Assembly: GCA_965204755.1 (NCBI GenBank)
Contig: OZ242011.1
Location: forward strand, 1,408,001 to 1,472,000
DNA from: Candidatus Marinacidobacterium sp.
GTDB taxonomy: Bacteria > Acidobacteriota > Vicinamibacteria > Marinacidobacterales > Marinacidobacteraceae
Length of the DNA stretch: 64,000 nucleotides
Direction: 5' to 3'
Shown here: positions 8,747 through 17,985 of the stretch, piece after piece
How positions within the stretch are numbered: position 1 is the stretch's first letter
How the letters are laid out: every line of letters starts with the position of its first letter
Notes under the pieces: model-generated
Told to the model about the DNA's origin: nothing
Database searches by the model: none
What the model saw: the letters and a program-made list of their open reading frames with translations, nothing else
Program-made: the position numbers and the translations under genes

Positions 8747-9910
8747 TCAGCGAGGGGCGGGGCCGGGCGTCTCGACGAACATGGCGTCGCCGTAGGAGTA
8801 GAAGCGGTAGCGGCGGCGGACGGCTTCTTCGTAGGCGGCGAGGACGCGCTCGCGCCCGGCGAGCGCGGCGACCAGCAGCAGGAGCGAACTCTCCGGGAGG
8901 TGGAAGTTGGTGAGGAGCGCGGACACCACCCGGAACCGGTGGCCGGGGAGGATCAGGAGCGAGGTCTCGTCGAGGGAGTCCGGGGGCTCCGGGGGCCGGG
9001 CGGCGGCGGCCGCGGCGGGGTTCCGCCGGGCCGCGAGGCGGGTTCCCATCGTTTCCAGCGCCCGGACGGAAGTCGTGCCGACGGCGACGACCCGGCGGCC
9101 GGCGGCCAGGGCGGCGCCGACCGCCGCGCGGGTGGCTTCGGGAATGTGGAATCGCTCCGGGGCCAGGCGGTGCTCCCGGGGGTCGGCGCTCCGCACCGGC
9201 ATGAAGGTGCCGTAGCCGACATGGAGGGTGAGGTCGGCGACTTCGACGCCTCGCCGCCGGAGGCGGGCGAAGTGCGCCGGCTCGAAGTGGAGCCCGGCGG
9301 TGGGGGCGGCGACGGAGCCGGGATCCCGGGCGTACGCCGTCTGGTAGCGCTCCCGGTGGAGCGCCTCGTCGGCGTCCGGGTCGCCGGTTTCGCGAGCGGG
9401 GGGATGACCCGCAGCCGCGGCGCGGCGGCGGCGGAGGTAGGGGGGGAGCGGCGTCCGGCCGGCGCGGGAAGTCAGGTCGAAGACATCCGACGCGCCTTCG
9501 AGGATGCGGACGGTCCGGCGGCCTTCGCCGAGGGCGCCGCCCACCCGGAGCCGGACGGCGGCGCCGATCCGCAGGCGTACGCCGGCGGGGAGCGCGGGGC
9601 GGGTGAGCGCGGCGAACTCCGGCGATCTCGGGGCGTCGAAGTCCGGCAGCGCCAGCAGTTCCACCCGGCCGCCGGTCCCCTCCCGGACGGCGTGGAGGCG
9701 GGCCGGGACGACTCGAGTGCGGTTGCGGACGAGGAGGTCACCGGGCCGGAGGAGGTCGGGGAAGTCGTCGAACCGCCGGTGCGTCGGCGGGCCGGCGGCG
9801 GGCAGGTGGAGCAGCCGGGAACCGCCCCGCTTTTCCGCCGGGCGCCGGGCGATCAACCGCTCGGGCAGGTCGTACCGGAAATCGCCCGTCCGCAGCGGCT
9901 CGGCCGGCAC
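8747..9910 (-). CDS. queA: tRNA preQ1 S-adenosylmethionine ribosyltransferase-isomerase (start approximate)
   Basis: DFRYDLPERLIA, PLPPY, YQTAYA, GSVAAPTAGLHF, LHVGYGTF, AVGTTSVRALE, TNFHLP, YRFYSYGDAM. Confidence 0.95.
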   Translation of the reverse strand: MPAEPLRTGDFRYDLPERLIARRPAEKRGGSRLLHLPAAGPPTHRRFDDFPDLLRPGDLLVRNRTRVVPARLHAVREGTGGRVELLALPDFDAPRSPEFAALTRPALPAGVRLRIGAAVRLRVGGALGEGRRTVRILEGASDVFDLTSRAGRTPLPPYLRRRRAAAAGHPPARETGDPDADEALHRERYQTAYARDPGSVAAPTAGLHFEPAHFARLRRRGVEVADLTLHVGYGTFMPVRSADPREHRLAPERFHIPEATRAAVGAALAAGRRVVAVGTTSVRALETMGTRLAARRNPAAAAAARPPEPPDSLDETSLLILPGHRFRVVSALLTNFHLPESSLLLLVAALAGRERVLAAYEEAVRRRYRFYSYGDAMFVETPGPAPR

Positions 9911-9996
9911 CGCCGCGCCGCCGCCGGGCGGGGCGGCGGGCCGGTCGTCGGGCCGGTCGCCGGGGTCGGAGGAGCGCCGCCCCGGCGGAGGGTCGC

Positions 9997-11082
9997 TCAG
10001 CGGCCGTTCGGGCGCTCGGCCCCGGCCGCGCCGCTCCCGCCGGGCGCGGGGGCGGCGAACAACCCCTCCCTCGGCGGGGCCGCGCCGAACCACTCGAACC
10101 CTCGGGGGGTGAGTACCCGGCCGCGGGCGGTCCGGCGCAGGAGCCCCCGGTAGATCAGGAACGGCTCGTGGACTTCTTCCAGCGTCCGCGTGTCCATTCC
10201 CAGGGTGGCGGCGAGGTTCGCCGCGCCCACCGGCCCGCCGGTGAAGGTGTGGAACACCGCCTCCAGGATCTTCCGGTCGGCGCGGTCGAGCCCGCTCTCG
10301 TCCACCTGCGCCAACTCGAACAGTTTCCGCGCCTGGCGTTCGTCCACCGCGCCGTCGCCCTTGACCTGGGCGTAGTCCCGGATCCGCCGGAGCAGGTTGT
10401 TCGCCACCCGCGGCGTCCCCCGGGCGCGGGAGCCGATGAGCGCCGCCGCCTCCCCGGTGAGCGCGGTGTCCAGCACCGCCGCCGACCGGAGCAGCACCCG
10501 CTCCAACTCCTCGCCGGAATAGAACTCGAGGGGGTGGACCAGCGGGAAGCGGTCGCGGAGGGGGCCGGTGAGCAGGTCAGCCCGGGTGGTGGCGCCGATC
10601 AGGGTGAACGGCGGAAGCGTGATCCGGAGCGACTGCGCCCCCAACTTCTCGCCCACCATGATGTCCAGGAACCGGTCCTCCATCGCCGGGTAGAGCACTT
10701 CCGCCACCGCCGGGGCCAGCCGGTGGATTTCGTCCACGAACAGCACCTCGTTCGGTTCGAGCGCGTTCAGCAGCGCCACCATGTCGCCGGTGCGGGGGAT
10801 GAGCGGGCCGGAGGAGGAGTGCATCCGCACTTCGAGTTCCCGGGCGAGCACCGCCGCCAGCGAGGTCTTGCCGAGCCCGGGGGGGCCGTGGAACAGCACA
10901 TGGTCGAGCGCCTCCCCCCGCCCGCGGGCCGCCTGGACGCTGATCCGGAGTTGGTCGAGGACGGCGGTCTGGCCGACGAATTCGTCGAAGCCGCGAGGGC
11001 GGAGGCTCCGGTGGAACTCTTCGTCTTCGCGGCCGGCCGGGGGCGGGAAGTCGGCGGCCGCTCCGGGGAGGGCGTCGGTCAT
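9997..11082 (-). CDS. ruvB: Holliday junction helicase RuvB
   Basis: LRPRGFDEFVGQ, GPPGLGKT, LFVDEIHRL, GATTR, RGTPRVAN, RTARGR. Confidence 0.97.
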   Translation of the reverse strand: MTDALPGAAADFPPPAGREDEEFHRSLRPRGFDEFVGQTAVLDQLRISVQAARGRGEALDHVLFHGPPGLGKTSLAAVLARELEVRMHSSSGPLIPRTGDMVALLNALEPNEVLFVDEIHRLAPAVAEVLYPAMEDRFLDIMVGEKLGAQSLRITLPPFTLIGATTRADLLTGPLRDRFPLVHPLEFYSGEELERVLLRSAAVLDTALTGEAAALIGSRARGTPRVANNLLRRIRDYAQVKGDGAVDERQARKLFELAQVDESGLDRADRKILEAVFHTFTGGPVGAANLAATLGMDTRTLEEVHEPFLIYRGLLRRTARGRVLTPRGFEWFGAAPPREGLFAAPAPGGSGAAGAERPNGR

Positions 11083-11138
11083 GGGGCGTCAGGCCGTTGC
11101 GGCGAGGATCGAGGGCGCCCGGTTCGGGGGTGTCGCGG

Positions 11139-13316
11139 TCAGTGTTCCCGGTCGCCGGCGAGTCCGGGGAGCGAGGTGAACTCGCCCCCGTCGGCGCCGT
11201 CGGCGCCGTCGGGGCGGGGCGCGGGCAGGTTCAGCATCCGCATCAACTCCAGCGCGTTGCCCCGGGTCAGCGGGCCTTCGCGCAGGTCGTAGTCGAAGTC
11301 CATGACGCCGTCCACGATGCGCTCGCTGAAGTGGTGGTTCCGCACCTGCCGGGGGAGTTCCTCGGCGAGTTCGGTGAGCGAGAGGTCGTGGGTGGTCATC
11401 ACCCCGACCGCGCGGCGGCGGGCCAACTCGCGCACCAGCGCGAAGACCGCGGCGCGGCGGTCGTCGGAGTTCGTCCCCTGCAGGATCTCGTCGAGCAGGA
11501 AGAACAGCGGTTGGTCGGCCGACCCGGTGTCGAGCACCGAGCGGAGCGCGAAGAGTTCGGCGAGGAACCGGGAGACGCCGTCCTGCAGCGAGTCGTGGAC
11601 GGCCACCGAGACGCCGAGCGCGCCGGGGCCGACCCGGAGGCTGGTGGCGTTCACCGGGGCGCCCATCCGCGCCAGCAGGAAGTTGACGCCCAGGGCGCGG
11701 AGCAGGGTGCTCTTCCCGGACATGTTCGACCCGGTAACGACCTTGATCTCGGGCTCGCCCCGGCCGAGGACGACGGTGTTGCGCACCAGCCGCTCCTCCG
11801 GGATCAGGGGGTGGCCGAGGTTCACCGCGCGGAGTCCGGGGGTGTCGTCGAATTCGGCGAAGGCGTGCGCCGGGCGCTCCTCGGCGTACTGGGAGAGGGC
11901 GAGGAGGGCGTCGAATTCGCCGGCCACCCGCAGCCACTTCTCCAGGTCTTCGTTGTGGCGCCGCCGCCAGCGGTCGATGGCCAGGGCGTGCTGCGAGCCG
12001 AAGAAGACGGCGGCCCCGAAGGGCGCGAACAGCAGGTTGCGGCGGAACCGCAGGCGCCCGTGGAGGGAGAGCAGCCGGGAGATCGCCGCGCCGGCGCCGG
12101 CGATGTCCTTGCCGAGGCGGCCGAGGCAGTCGGAGCGGAAGTCCTCGCGCTCGAAGATGGAGACGATCTCCCGGAGGCCGGAGAGTTCGGGCTCCATGAG
12201 CCAGCCCATCTCCTCGTGGGCCAGGACCCGGGGCCGCATGCCCAGGCCATAGACCACGGCGCCGGCCACCGCCAGGAGGAACACCCACGCCGCGCCGGCG
12301 TGGAGCAGGGCGAGGGGGAGCGAAGTCCACAGGAGGGCCAGGTTGGCGAAGGCGAGCGCGAGGAGGAGGCGTTCGCGCCTGATCGGCAGGTGGGGGGGGA
12401 TGGCGAGCAGCGGGTCGGCGGCGGGGGACTTCCCTTTCTTCTCTTTCCCGGAGTCGGTCTCGTCCTTCTCGGCCGAGTCCCCGGCGTCGGCCCCGCCGGT
12501 CTCGCCGGCGGGTTCGTTCCCGCCCTCGCCGTCGGCTGATCGGCCCTCGTCGGCGGGCGTTTCCGTCTCCGCTTCCCGGCGGGCCCGGCCGAAGCGGCCC
12601 TTGGAGTCGAACGGGTGGAGCGTCCAGGCGGTGGAGACCGGCCAGCGGTGGCTGGGCCAGGCCCGCAGCGAGCCGGTGGCCGCCACCGCCTCCCGGAGGT
12701 CCACCCGGGGGGTCAACTCGCGGACCGCCGCCTGCCGGGCCCGGGCCAGGGTCGGGGGCGCCGGGTTCACCAGCCACCAGGCGAGGGTCTCGCCGCCGCT
12801 GTCCGTCCGGAAGTCGGCGAGCCGGTCGAACACCTGGCCGCTGTCGAAGAGGTCGAGGTGGCGGCCCAGGCCGCGCCGGTCGAGCAGGCGGACCCGGTTG
12901 CGGCGGTTGGCGGCGAGTTTGTCCTCGTCCAGCGAGGGGCGGCGCAGTTGGACGCCCCGCCGGCGGATGGCCTCGGTGGGGACGCCCCGCCGGTCCTCGG
13001 TGTCCTCGAGGTCGGCGTGGATCCGGCTGGAGGCGCGGCGGTGGAAGTCCGCCATGCGGTGGAGGGCGCGGGCCTGCCGCATCCATCGCTCGTGGAAGTA
13101 CGCGAGGACGCCGAAGAAGGCGGCGGCGAGGAAGAGCCACCAGGAGGCCACCGTCTCGCGGGCGACGAGCACGACGAGGACGGCGGTGAGCAGGGTGGCC
13201 CCCATCCGGAACTTGACCACCAGGTCCACCCGGTCGAGCAGCCCGGAGACCTGGTCGAGGCGGTCGGCCGCCCGCTGGAGGAACTTCTCCCGGTCGGCGA
13301 TGGCGAGGAAGGACAT
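11139..13316 (-). CDS. MutS domain V-family ATPase with N-terminal transmembrane segments (MutS-related, not canonical MutS1)
   Basis: Walker A VTGSNMSGKSTLLR, DSLQDGVSRFLAEL, LLDEILQGTNS, TTHDLSL; two hydrophobic hairpins; ATG overlaps the ruvA stop (TGATG). Confidence 0.88.
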   Translation of the reverse strand: MSFLAIADREKFLQRAADRLDQVSGLLDRVDLVVKFRMGATLLTAVLVVLVARETVASWWLFLAAAFFGVLAYFHERWMRQARALHRMADFHRRASSRIHADLEDTEDRRGVPTEAIRRRGVQLRRPSLDEDKLAANRRNRVRLLDRRGLGRHLDLFDSGQVFDRLADFRTDSGGETLAWWLVNPAPPTLARARQAAVRELTPRVDLREAVAATGSLRAWPSHRWPVSTAWTLHPFDSKGRFGRARREAETETPADEGRSADGEGGNEPAGETGGADAGDSAEKDETDSGKEKKGKSPAADPLLAIPPHLPIRRERLLLALAFANLALLWTSLPLALLHAGAAWVFLLAVAGAVVYGLGMRPRVLAHEEMGWLMEPELSGLREIVSIFEREDFRSDCLGRLGKDIAGAGAAISRLLSLHGRLRFRRNLLFAPFGAAVFFGSQHALAIDRWRRRHNEDLEKWLRVAGEFDALLALSQYAEERPAHAFAEFDDTPGLRAVNLGHPLIPEERLVRNTVVLGRGEPEIKVVTGSNMSGKSTLLRALGVNFLLARMGAPVNATSLRVGPGALGVSVAVHDSLQDGVSRFLAELFALRSVLDTGSADQPLFFLLDEILQGTNSDDRRAAVFALVRELARRRAVGVMTTHDLSLTELAEELPRQVRNHHFSERIVDGVMDFDYDLREGPLTRGNALELMRMLNLPAPRPDGADGADGGEFTSLPGLAGDREH

Positions 13317-13921
13317 CAGCGGGTCCCCCGCGGCGCGAGGCGGGCGAGGGCGGCCCGGAACCGGGCTTCCATCGTCTCGTCGGGCAGTTCGGCGATGACG
13401 GCGTCCACCGCCTCCTCGACCCGGCGGCGGTCGCTGAACTGCAGGTTGGAGAACGCGGTGAGCAGGCCTTCGCGCTGCGGGTCGGCGGCGCGGGCGGCGG
13501 GGCCGGCCGGCTCTTCGGGCGGGGGCAGCGCTTCGGCGAGTTCGGTGATGATCCGCCGGGCGATCTTGGCGCCCACTCCGGGCGCCTGCTGGAGCGGCTT
13601 CACTTCGCGCGCCCGGATGGCCTCGGTGAGCCGGGCCGGGGTGATCGCCAGCAGCCGGAGCGCGACCGCCGGGCCGACGCCGCTGACGGCGCACAGCCGG
13701 TCGAAGAGGGCGGCCTCCTCGTCGGTCGGGAACCCGTAGAGCACCAGGTCCTCGCCGCGCGGAAGGAGCGTGCGGACGACCAGGGTCACTTCTTCGCCGG
13801 GAGGGGGCAGGCGGGAGGCGGTGGCGGTGGAGACATGGACGCCGAAGCCGACGCCGTGGACATCCACCAGCGCCCGCTCCGGCGCCACCTGCGCCACCCG
13901 GCCGCGCAACCGTTCGATCAC
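13316..13921 (-). CDS. ruvA: Holliday junction DNA-binding protein RuvA
   Basis: MIERLRGRV, VHGVGF, LYGF, VSGVGPAVAL, PGVGAKIARRIITEL. Confidence 0.95.
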   Translation of the reverse strand: MIERLRGRVAQVAPERALVDVHGVGFGVHVSTATASRLPPPGEEVTLVVRTLLPRGEDLVLYGFPTDEEAALFDRLCAVSGVGPAVALRLLAITPARLTEAIRAREVKPLQQAPGVGAKIARRIITELAEALPPPEEPAGPAARAADPQREGLLTAFSNLQFSDRRRVEEAVDAVIAELPDETMEARFRAALARLAPRGTR

Positions 13922-13937
13922 CGTCGTTCCTCCGGGG

Positions 13938-14573
13938 TCAGGAGGCTCGCCTGACGGCGGGTCGGGTTCGGCGCGGCGCCGGGGGGCCTCCCGGGGCGGC
14001 GGCGACCGGGCGGGCGCGGGCGGCGCGCTCCGCGGCGCGGCGCCGGTCGAGGTGGCAGACCGCCACCGCCAGCGCGTCGGCGGCGTCTTCCGGGGTCGGG
14101 GGCGCCGGGAGTCCCAGGCGGCGGGCGACCATCGCGGCGACCGGCGCCTTCCCGGCTGCGCCGTAGCCGGTGAGCGCCTGTTTCACCGCCCGGGGCGCGT
14201 ACTCGGCCACCGGCCGCTCGCCGATCGCCGCCAGCACCGCGCCCCGGGCGTGGCCGAGGGTCAGCGCCGAACCGACGCTCGCCGCGCTGAACACCGACTC
14301 GACGGCCACTTCGTCGGGGCCGAGGCGGGCGACCAGCGCGGCGATTTCCCGGTGCAGCCGGCGCAGGCGGGCCACCAGCGCTTCGCCGTTCGGGCAGCGC
14401 GCGACGCCGTATTCGACGAGGACCGGGCGGCCGCCGGACTCGACGATCACTCCCCAGCCGGTGACCCGGGAGCCGGGGTCGAGGCCGAGGATCCGGCAGC
14501 CGCCCCCGTCCGGGGCGGCGTCAGGCCGCCGCGCCCCGGCGGGAGGCGGGGCGCCCTTTCCGCGGACCGTCAG
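13938..14573 (-). CDS. ruvC: Crossover junction endonuclease RuvC (start uncertain)
   Basis: ILGLDPGSRVTGWG, VAVESVF, LGHARG, VKQALTGYGAAGK, DAADALAVAVCH. Confidence 0.93.
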   Translation of the reverse strand: MTVRGKGAPPPAGARRPDAAPDGGGCRILGLDPGSRVTGWGVIVESGGRPVLVEYGVARCPNGEALVARLRRLHREIAALVARLGPDEVAVESVFSAASVGSALTLGHARGAVLAAIGERPVAEYAPRAVKQALTGYGAAGKAPVAAMVARRLGLPAPPTPEDAADALAVAVCHLDRRRAAERAARARPVAAAPGGPPAPRRTRPAVRRAS

Positions 14574-15316
14574 GACGCGGCCTCGAGTTCCTCGTCGTCC
14601 ATGTCGAAGTTCGCCCAGACATGGATCACATCCTCCTGGTCCTCGAGCGCTTCCATGAGCCGCAGCACCCGCTGCGCTTCGCCGCCGCTCACCCGCACCT
14701 GCTGGTTGGGGAGCATCGCCACCGCTTCGCTGTCCGGGGCGATGCCCTCCGCCTCGAGTGCGTCGCGCACCGCGCCGAACGCTTCCGGGGGGGTGCGCAC
14801 CTCCCAGTGCCCGCCCTCGTCGCGCACATCGTCGCCGCCGGCGGCGAGGACCACTTCGATGAGCCGGTCCTCGTCGGTCCGCTCCTTGGCGATGAGGAAG
14901 TGGCCGGCCTTCTCGAACATCCAGCCCACCGAGCCGCTGTCGCCGAGGTTGCCGCCGTACTTGGAGAACAGGTGGCGGACATCGCTCACCGTGCGGTTCC
15001 GGTTGTCGGTGGCCGCCTGGACGAAGACGGCGACGCCGCCGGGGCCGAAGCCCTCGTAGTTCGCTTCCTCCAGCCGGAACCCCTCGAGTTCGCCGGTCCC
15101 CTTCTTCACGGCCCGGGCGATGTTGTCGCGGGGGACATTCCCGGCTTTGGCCTTGTCGATCGCCAGGCGGAGCCGGGGGTTGAACTGCGGGTCCCCGCCG
15201 CCGAGCCGGGCGGCCATGGTCACTTCCTTCAGCAGCCGGGTGAACGCCCGGCCCCGCTTGGCGTCCACCACCGCCTTCTTGTGGCGGATCGAGTGCCACT
15301 TGCTGTGTCCGGACAA
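14570..15316 (-). CDS. yebC: YebC/PmpR family protein
   Basis: MSGHSKWHSIRHKK, YEGFGPGG, TDNRNRT. Confidence 0.97.
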   Translation of the reverse strand: MSGHSKWHSIRHKKAVVDAKRGRAFTRLLKEVTMAARLGGGDPQFNPRLRLAIDKAKAGNVPRDNIARAVKKGTGELEGFRLEEANYEGFGPGGVAVFVQAATDNRNRTVSDVRHLFSKYGGNLGDSGSVGWMFEKAGHFLIAKERTDEDRLIEVVLAAGGDDVRDEGGHWEVRTPPEAFGAVRDALEAEGIAPDSEAVAMLPNQQVRVSGGEAQRVLRLMEALEDQEDVIHVWANFDMDDEELEAAS

Positions 15317-15361
15317 CGCGCAACGACTCCGTTCTGTCGGTCTCGGATGGTTGCGCTCATC

Positions 15362-15588
15362 TTACCGGCCCGCGGAAAAAGCACGCCGCCCTCCGCTCAT
15401 CGACCGGCAGGACGCCGAGTCCCTGTCGCGTTCCCCGGCGGGGCGCTCTTCCCACGGCCCTGCGGCGCGAATCGCTGCGCGATTCCCCCCGCCAACTGTC
15501 GCGGGGAGGGGGATGCCCCTCCCCGCACCCCTCCCCGGTCGGCGCTTCGCGCCGACAGCCGCTCCCCGGACTTTCTCCACAGGCCGTT
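15362..15588 (+). mobile_element. ~225-bp MITE-like structured repeat, copy 1 (most diverged)
   Basis: Shares GAATCGCTGCGCGATTC, GGGGAGGGG..CCCCTCCCC, GTCGGCGCTTCGCGCCGAC and GGACTTTCTCCAC with copies at 19258 and 41232. Confidence 0.8.
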
Positions 15589-15649
15589 GCCGCCCGCTCC
15601 TCCCGCCGCCCGCCGGCGGCACAGCCCGGCGCGGGGGTCGCGCGGGCCG

Positions 15650-16555
15650 TCAGTCGTCGAAGACGATGGTGGGTTCCGCGTAGAAGCGGACGCGCCCGGA
15701 CTCGAACCGTTCGGCGACGATCGCCTCGAATCTCCGCCGTTTCTCCGAGAGCGGTAGGTCGGTGGCGAGGAAGGAGAGCGGCAGGTCGAAACCGAGGACG
15801 CGGCGGGGAGGGAGGAAGCGGGTGACCCCGGACGGGAGCCGCTCGCCGGACGCCGCCATGCGCCGCACCTCCGGGAAGGGGAGGTCGGGATAGACGAGCA
15901 GCCCGCCGCAGTCCGGGTGGCCGCGCAGCGCCTCCTCGAGGTCGGCGTGCGCGACCCGGGCGATCCGCCCCCGGGGGTGGGCCAGCCGGTTCACCACGGC
16001 GCGGAGACCGGCGGCCCGGGCGGTCTCCCGGGCGGCGCCGCCCGCCGCTTCGTCCCCCGCCGGCTCGGCGTGGAACCGGACCTCGCCGCCGGCGGCGAGC
16101 AGGAGGCGGCAGAGCGGAGCGCCGCCGCCCTCGTCGTCGGCGGAGGCGTCCGCGCCCGCGGAAGCGTCCTCGCCCGTCGCGGGGAAGCGGACCCGGACGC
16201 CGGGGGGCGGCTCGCGGAGGACCGCCTCCGCGTCCTTCTTCCGGATGACATGGTTCCAGTGGAAGAGGCGCAGTCCGGGGTCGTCGGCGGACTCGGTCTG
16301 CACCGCCGCGTGGGCGATCCCCATCCGGGCGAGCGCCTCCACCCGGTTCGCGCCGTCGAGCAGCAGCCGGCGCCCGTCTCCGTCCCCGCTCCCGCCGCCG
16401 AAGCGGACCACCACCGGCGGGTTGCGCAGGATGCCGTCCGCGCCCAGCCGCTCGATCAGCGCGGCCACCCGCGCCAGGTCCACTTCTTCGTGGAAGACGA
16501 TGTCCCGCAGCGGCAGGACTTCGAGGGTCGGCGGCGAAGCGTCCACCAAGTCCAC
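15650..16555 (-). CDS. ParB/sulfiredoxin-fold protein, SbnI/SerK-like (putative free L-serine kinase)
   Basis: DIVFHEE, ILRNPPVV, LLDGANRVEAL, HWNH, LPSGVTRF..RVLGFDLPLSFL..RFYAEPT resemble recalled SbnI motifs. Confidence 0.65.
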   Translation of the reverse strand: MDLVDASPPTLEVLPLRDIVFHEEVDLARVAALIERLGADGILRNPPVVVRFGGGSGDGDGRRLLLDGANRVEALARMGIAHAAVQTESADDPGLRLFHWNHVIRKKDAEAVLREPPPGVRVRFPATGEDASAGADASADDEGGGAPLCRLLLAAGGEVRFHAEPAGDEAAGGAARETARAAGLRAVVNRLAHPRGRIARVAHADLEEALRGHPDCGGLLVYPDLPFPEVRRMAASGERLPSGVTRFLPPRRVLGFDLPLSFLATDLPLSEKRRRFEAIVAERFESGRVRFYAEPTIVFDD

Positions 16556-16581
16556 GAATCTTCGGCCCCGAACCGCCGATT

Positions 16582-17853
16582 CTACGAGCGGCGGGGGGCG
16601 GCCGGCGGTTCCTTCCAGAGGCGGACGGTGAAGCGCTCCCCCTCTTCGATCAACTCCGGCTCGGTTCCGTTGTGCTTCCGCATACCGGGGACGATCTTCC
16701 TGCTGATCCCCATCCCGTGACCGTCCACATAGCCGTAGTCGCGCATGACATTGACGAGAACCTGGTCCCGCGCGCAGCGCATTCCGCGGCGCATCGCTTC
16801 CGGCGTCACGGTGTTCGGGAGCCCGCCCGGACTCCGGACCTCCAACCGGTTCGAGAAGACCAGGAGTTCGATGTCCGAGCCCGCGATGCCGTAGTCCCGA
16901 TGGACGAGCGCGTTCACGACCGCCTCCCGGACGACCGCTTCCGGGTACTCCCAACCCCGGACTACGCGGCCGTTTTCCAGGCGCGCCGTCGGCATCGTGT
17001 TCCGCCGGACGAACTCGATCGCCCGTTCGACGAGTCCCGACTCCATCACTTCGCCGTCCGAAGCGAGCCTGGGCGTCATCGGCCCGCCGTGCGTCCGGTC
17101 CTCGCGGGTCGCGTAGTCCATGTCTTCTCCCGGAAACGCCAGCGCGTGGATCCCGGCCTGGTGCATCCGGCGCCGGGGATCCGTTCCGAACAGGAGCATC
17201 CCGTCCACCGTCGCCGTCAGCGTCCCCAATGCGAGCGTAAGGAACTCCAGGTTCCGGAGCAGCACCGCCCACGCCTCGTCGTCGTCCTCCGGCGGCGCCT
17301 CTCCGGCGAGCACGGTCCCGAAGTAGTCGGTCAAGCGCCGCCGATCCAGCGACTCCAGGGTCGAACCGAGCACCGGCTTCGCGCCGTACCGGAGAGCCCC
17401 GGAGCGCTGGTACAGGCGCTGTTCCTCCTCGCGGGACGCATCTCGAGTCGTCGTCCCCACCCGAACGCGGGTGACCCAGGCGCCGCGCCGCTTCGCCTTG
17501 TACGGCTTGTCGGGAGGGTTCGGCGGCACGGAGACCACGCCGACGACGCGGTCCTCGTCCCAACGGATGGTCCTCCAGAGCGGTATCGCCGCCGCGGGCT
17601 GCACATGGGTGCGCGCGGCTTCCATGACCCATTCCTCCGCCTTCGCCGCGGGCCGCGCCAAGCCCGAGACGGATCCGTCGTCCTCGACGCCGAGCAGGAT
17701 ATGGCCTCTCCCGAGGTTGAAGAGCGCCGCCATCTCGCCGGCGAGACATTCCGCCGTAAGGTCGTCGCGCCGGAATTCCAACGAGGAACCCTCCCCGCGA
17801 GCCACCAGTTCGGCGAGGTCGGCCCGGGTCATCACGCCGGTCGGAGACTGCAT
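16582..17853 (-). CDS. AlbA_2 (Schlafen-like) + HATPase_c_4 domain protein
   Basis: GEGSSLEFR, ALFNLGRGHILLGVEDDG, REAVVNALVHRDY, SPGGLP, GMGI. Confidence 0.88.
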   Translation of the reverse strand: MQSPTGVMTRADLAELVARGEGSSLEFRRDDLTAECLAGEMAALFNLGRGHILLGVEDDGSVSGLARPAAKAEEWVMEAARTHVQPAAAIPLWRTIRWDEDRVVGVVSVPPNPPDKPYKAKRRGAWVTRVRVGTTTRDASREEEQRLYQRSGALRYGAKPVLGSTLESLDRRRLTDYFGTVLAGEAPPEDDDEAWAVLLRNLEFLTLALGTLTATVDGMLLFGTDPRRRMHQAGIHALAFPGEDMDYATREDRTHGGPMTPRLASDGEVMESGLVERAIEFVRRNTMPTARLENGRVVRGWEYPEAVVREAVVNALVHRDYGIAGSDIELLVFSNRLEVRSPGGLPNTVTPEAMRRGMRCARDQVLVNVMRDYGYVDGHGMGISRKIVPGMRKHNGTEPELIEEGERFTVRLWKEPPAAPRRS

Positions 17854-17985
17854 GTCGGCGGTGGAAAACTCTTTCCCGCCCTCCCCTTCCCGACCGGAGG
17901 GCATGGTAGCGATCCCCTTCGGGGACCGGTGGGGGGGCGGGGCCGGGCGGCGGAGTCGTTACGATTCGCGGCTGCTTCGAGTCCG

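Noticed and set aside
11139-13316. Calling this gene mutS or mutS2
   Set aside because: It lacks the mismatch-recognition domain and the Smr domain and has TM helices, so no symbol is given.
15650-16555. Chromosome or plasmid partition ParB
   Set aside because: No HTH, no adjacent parA and no parS seen; the C-terminal motifs fit SbnI-like kinases better.
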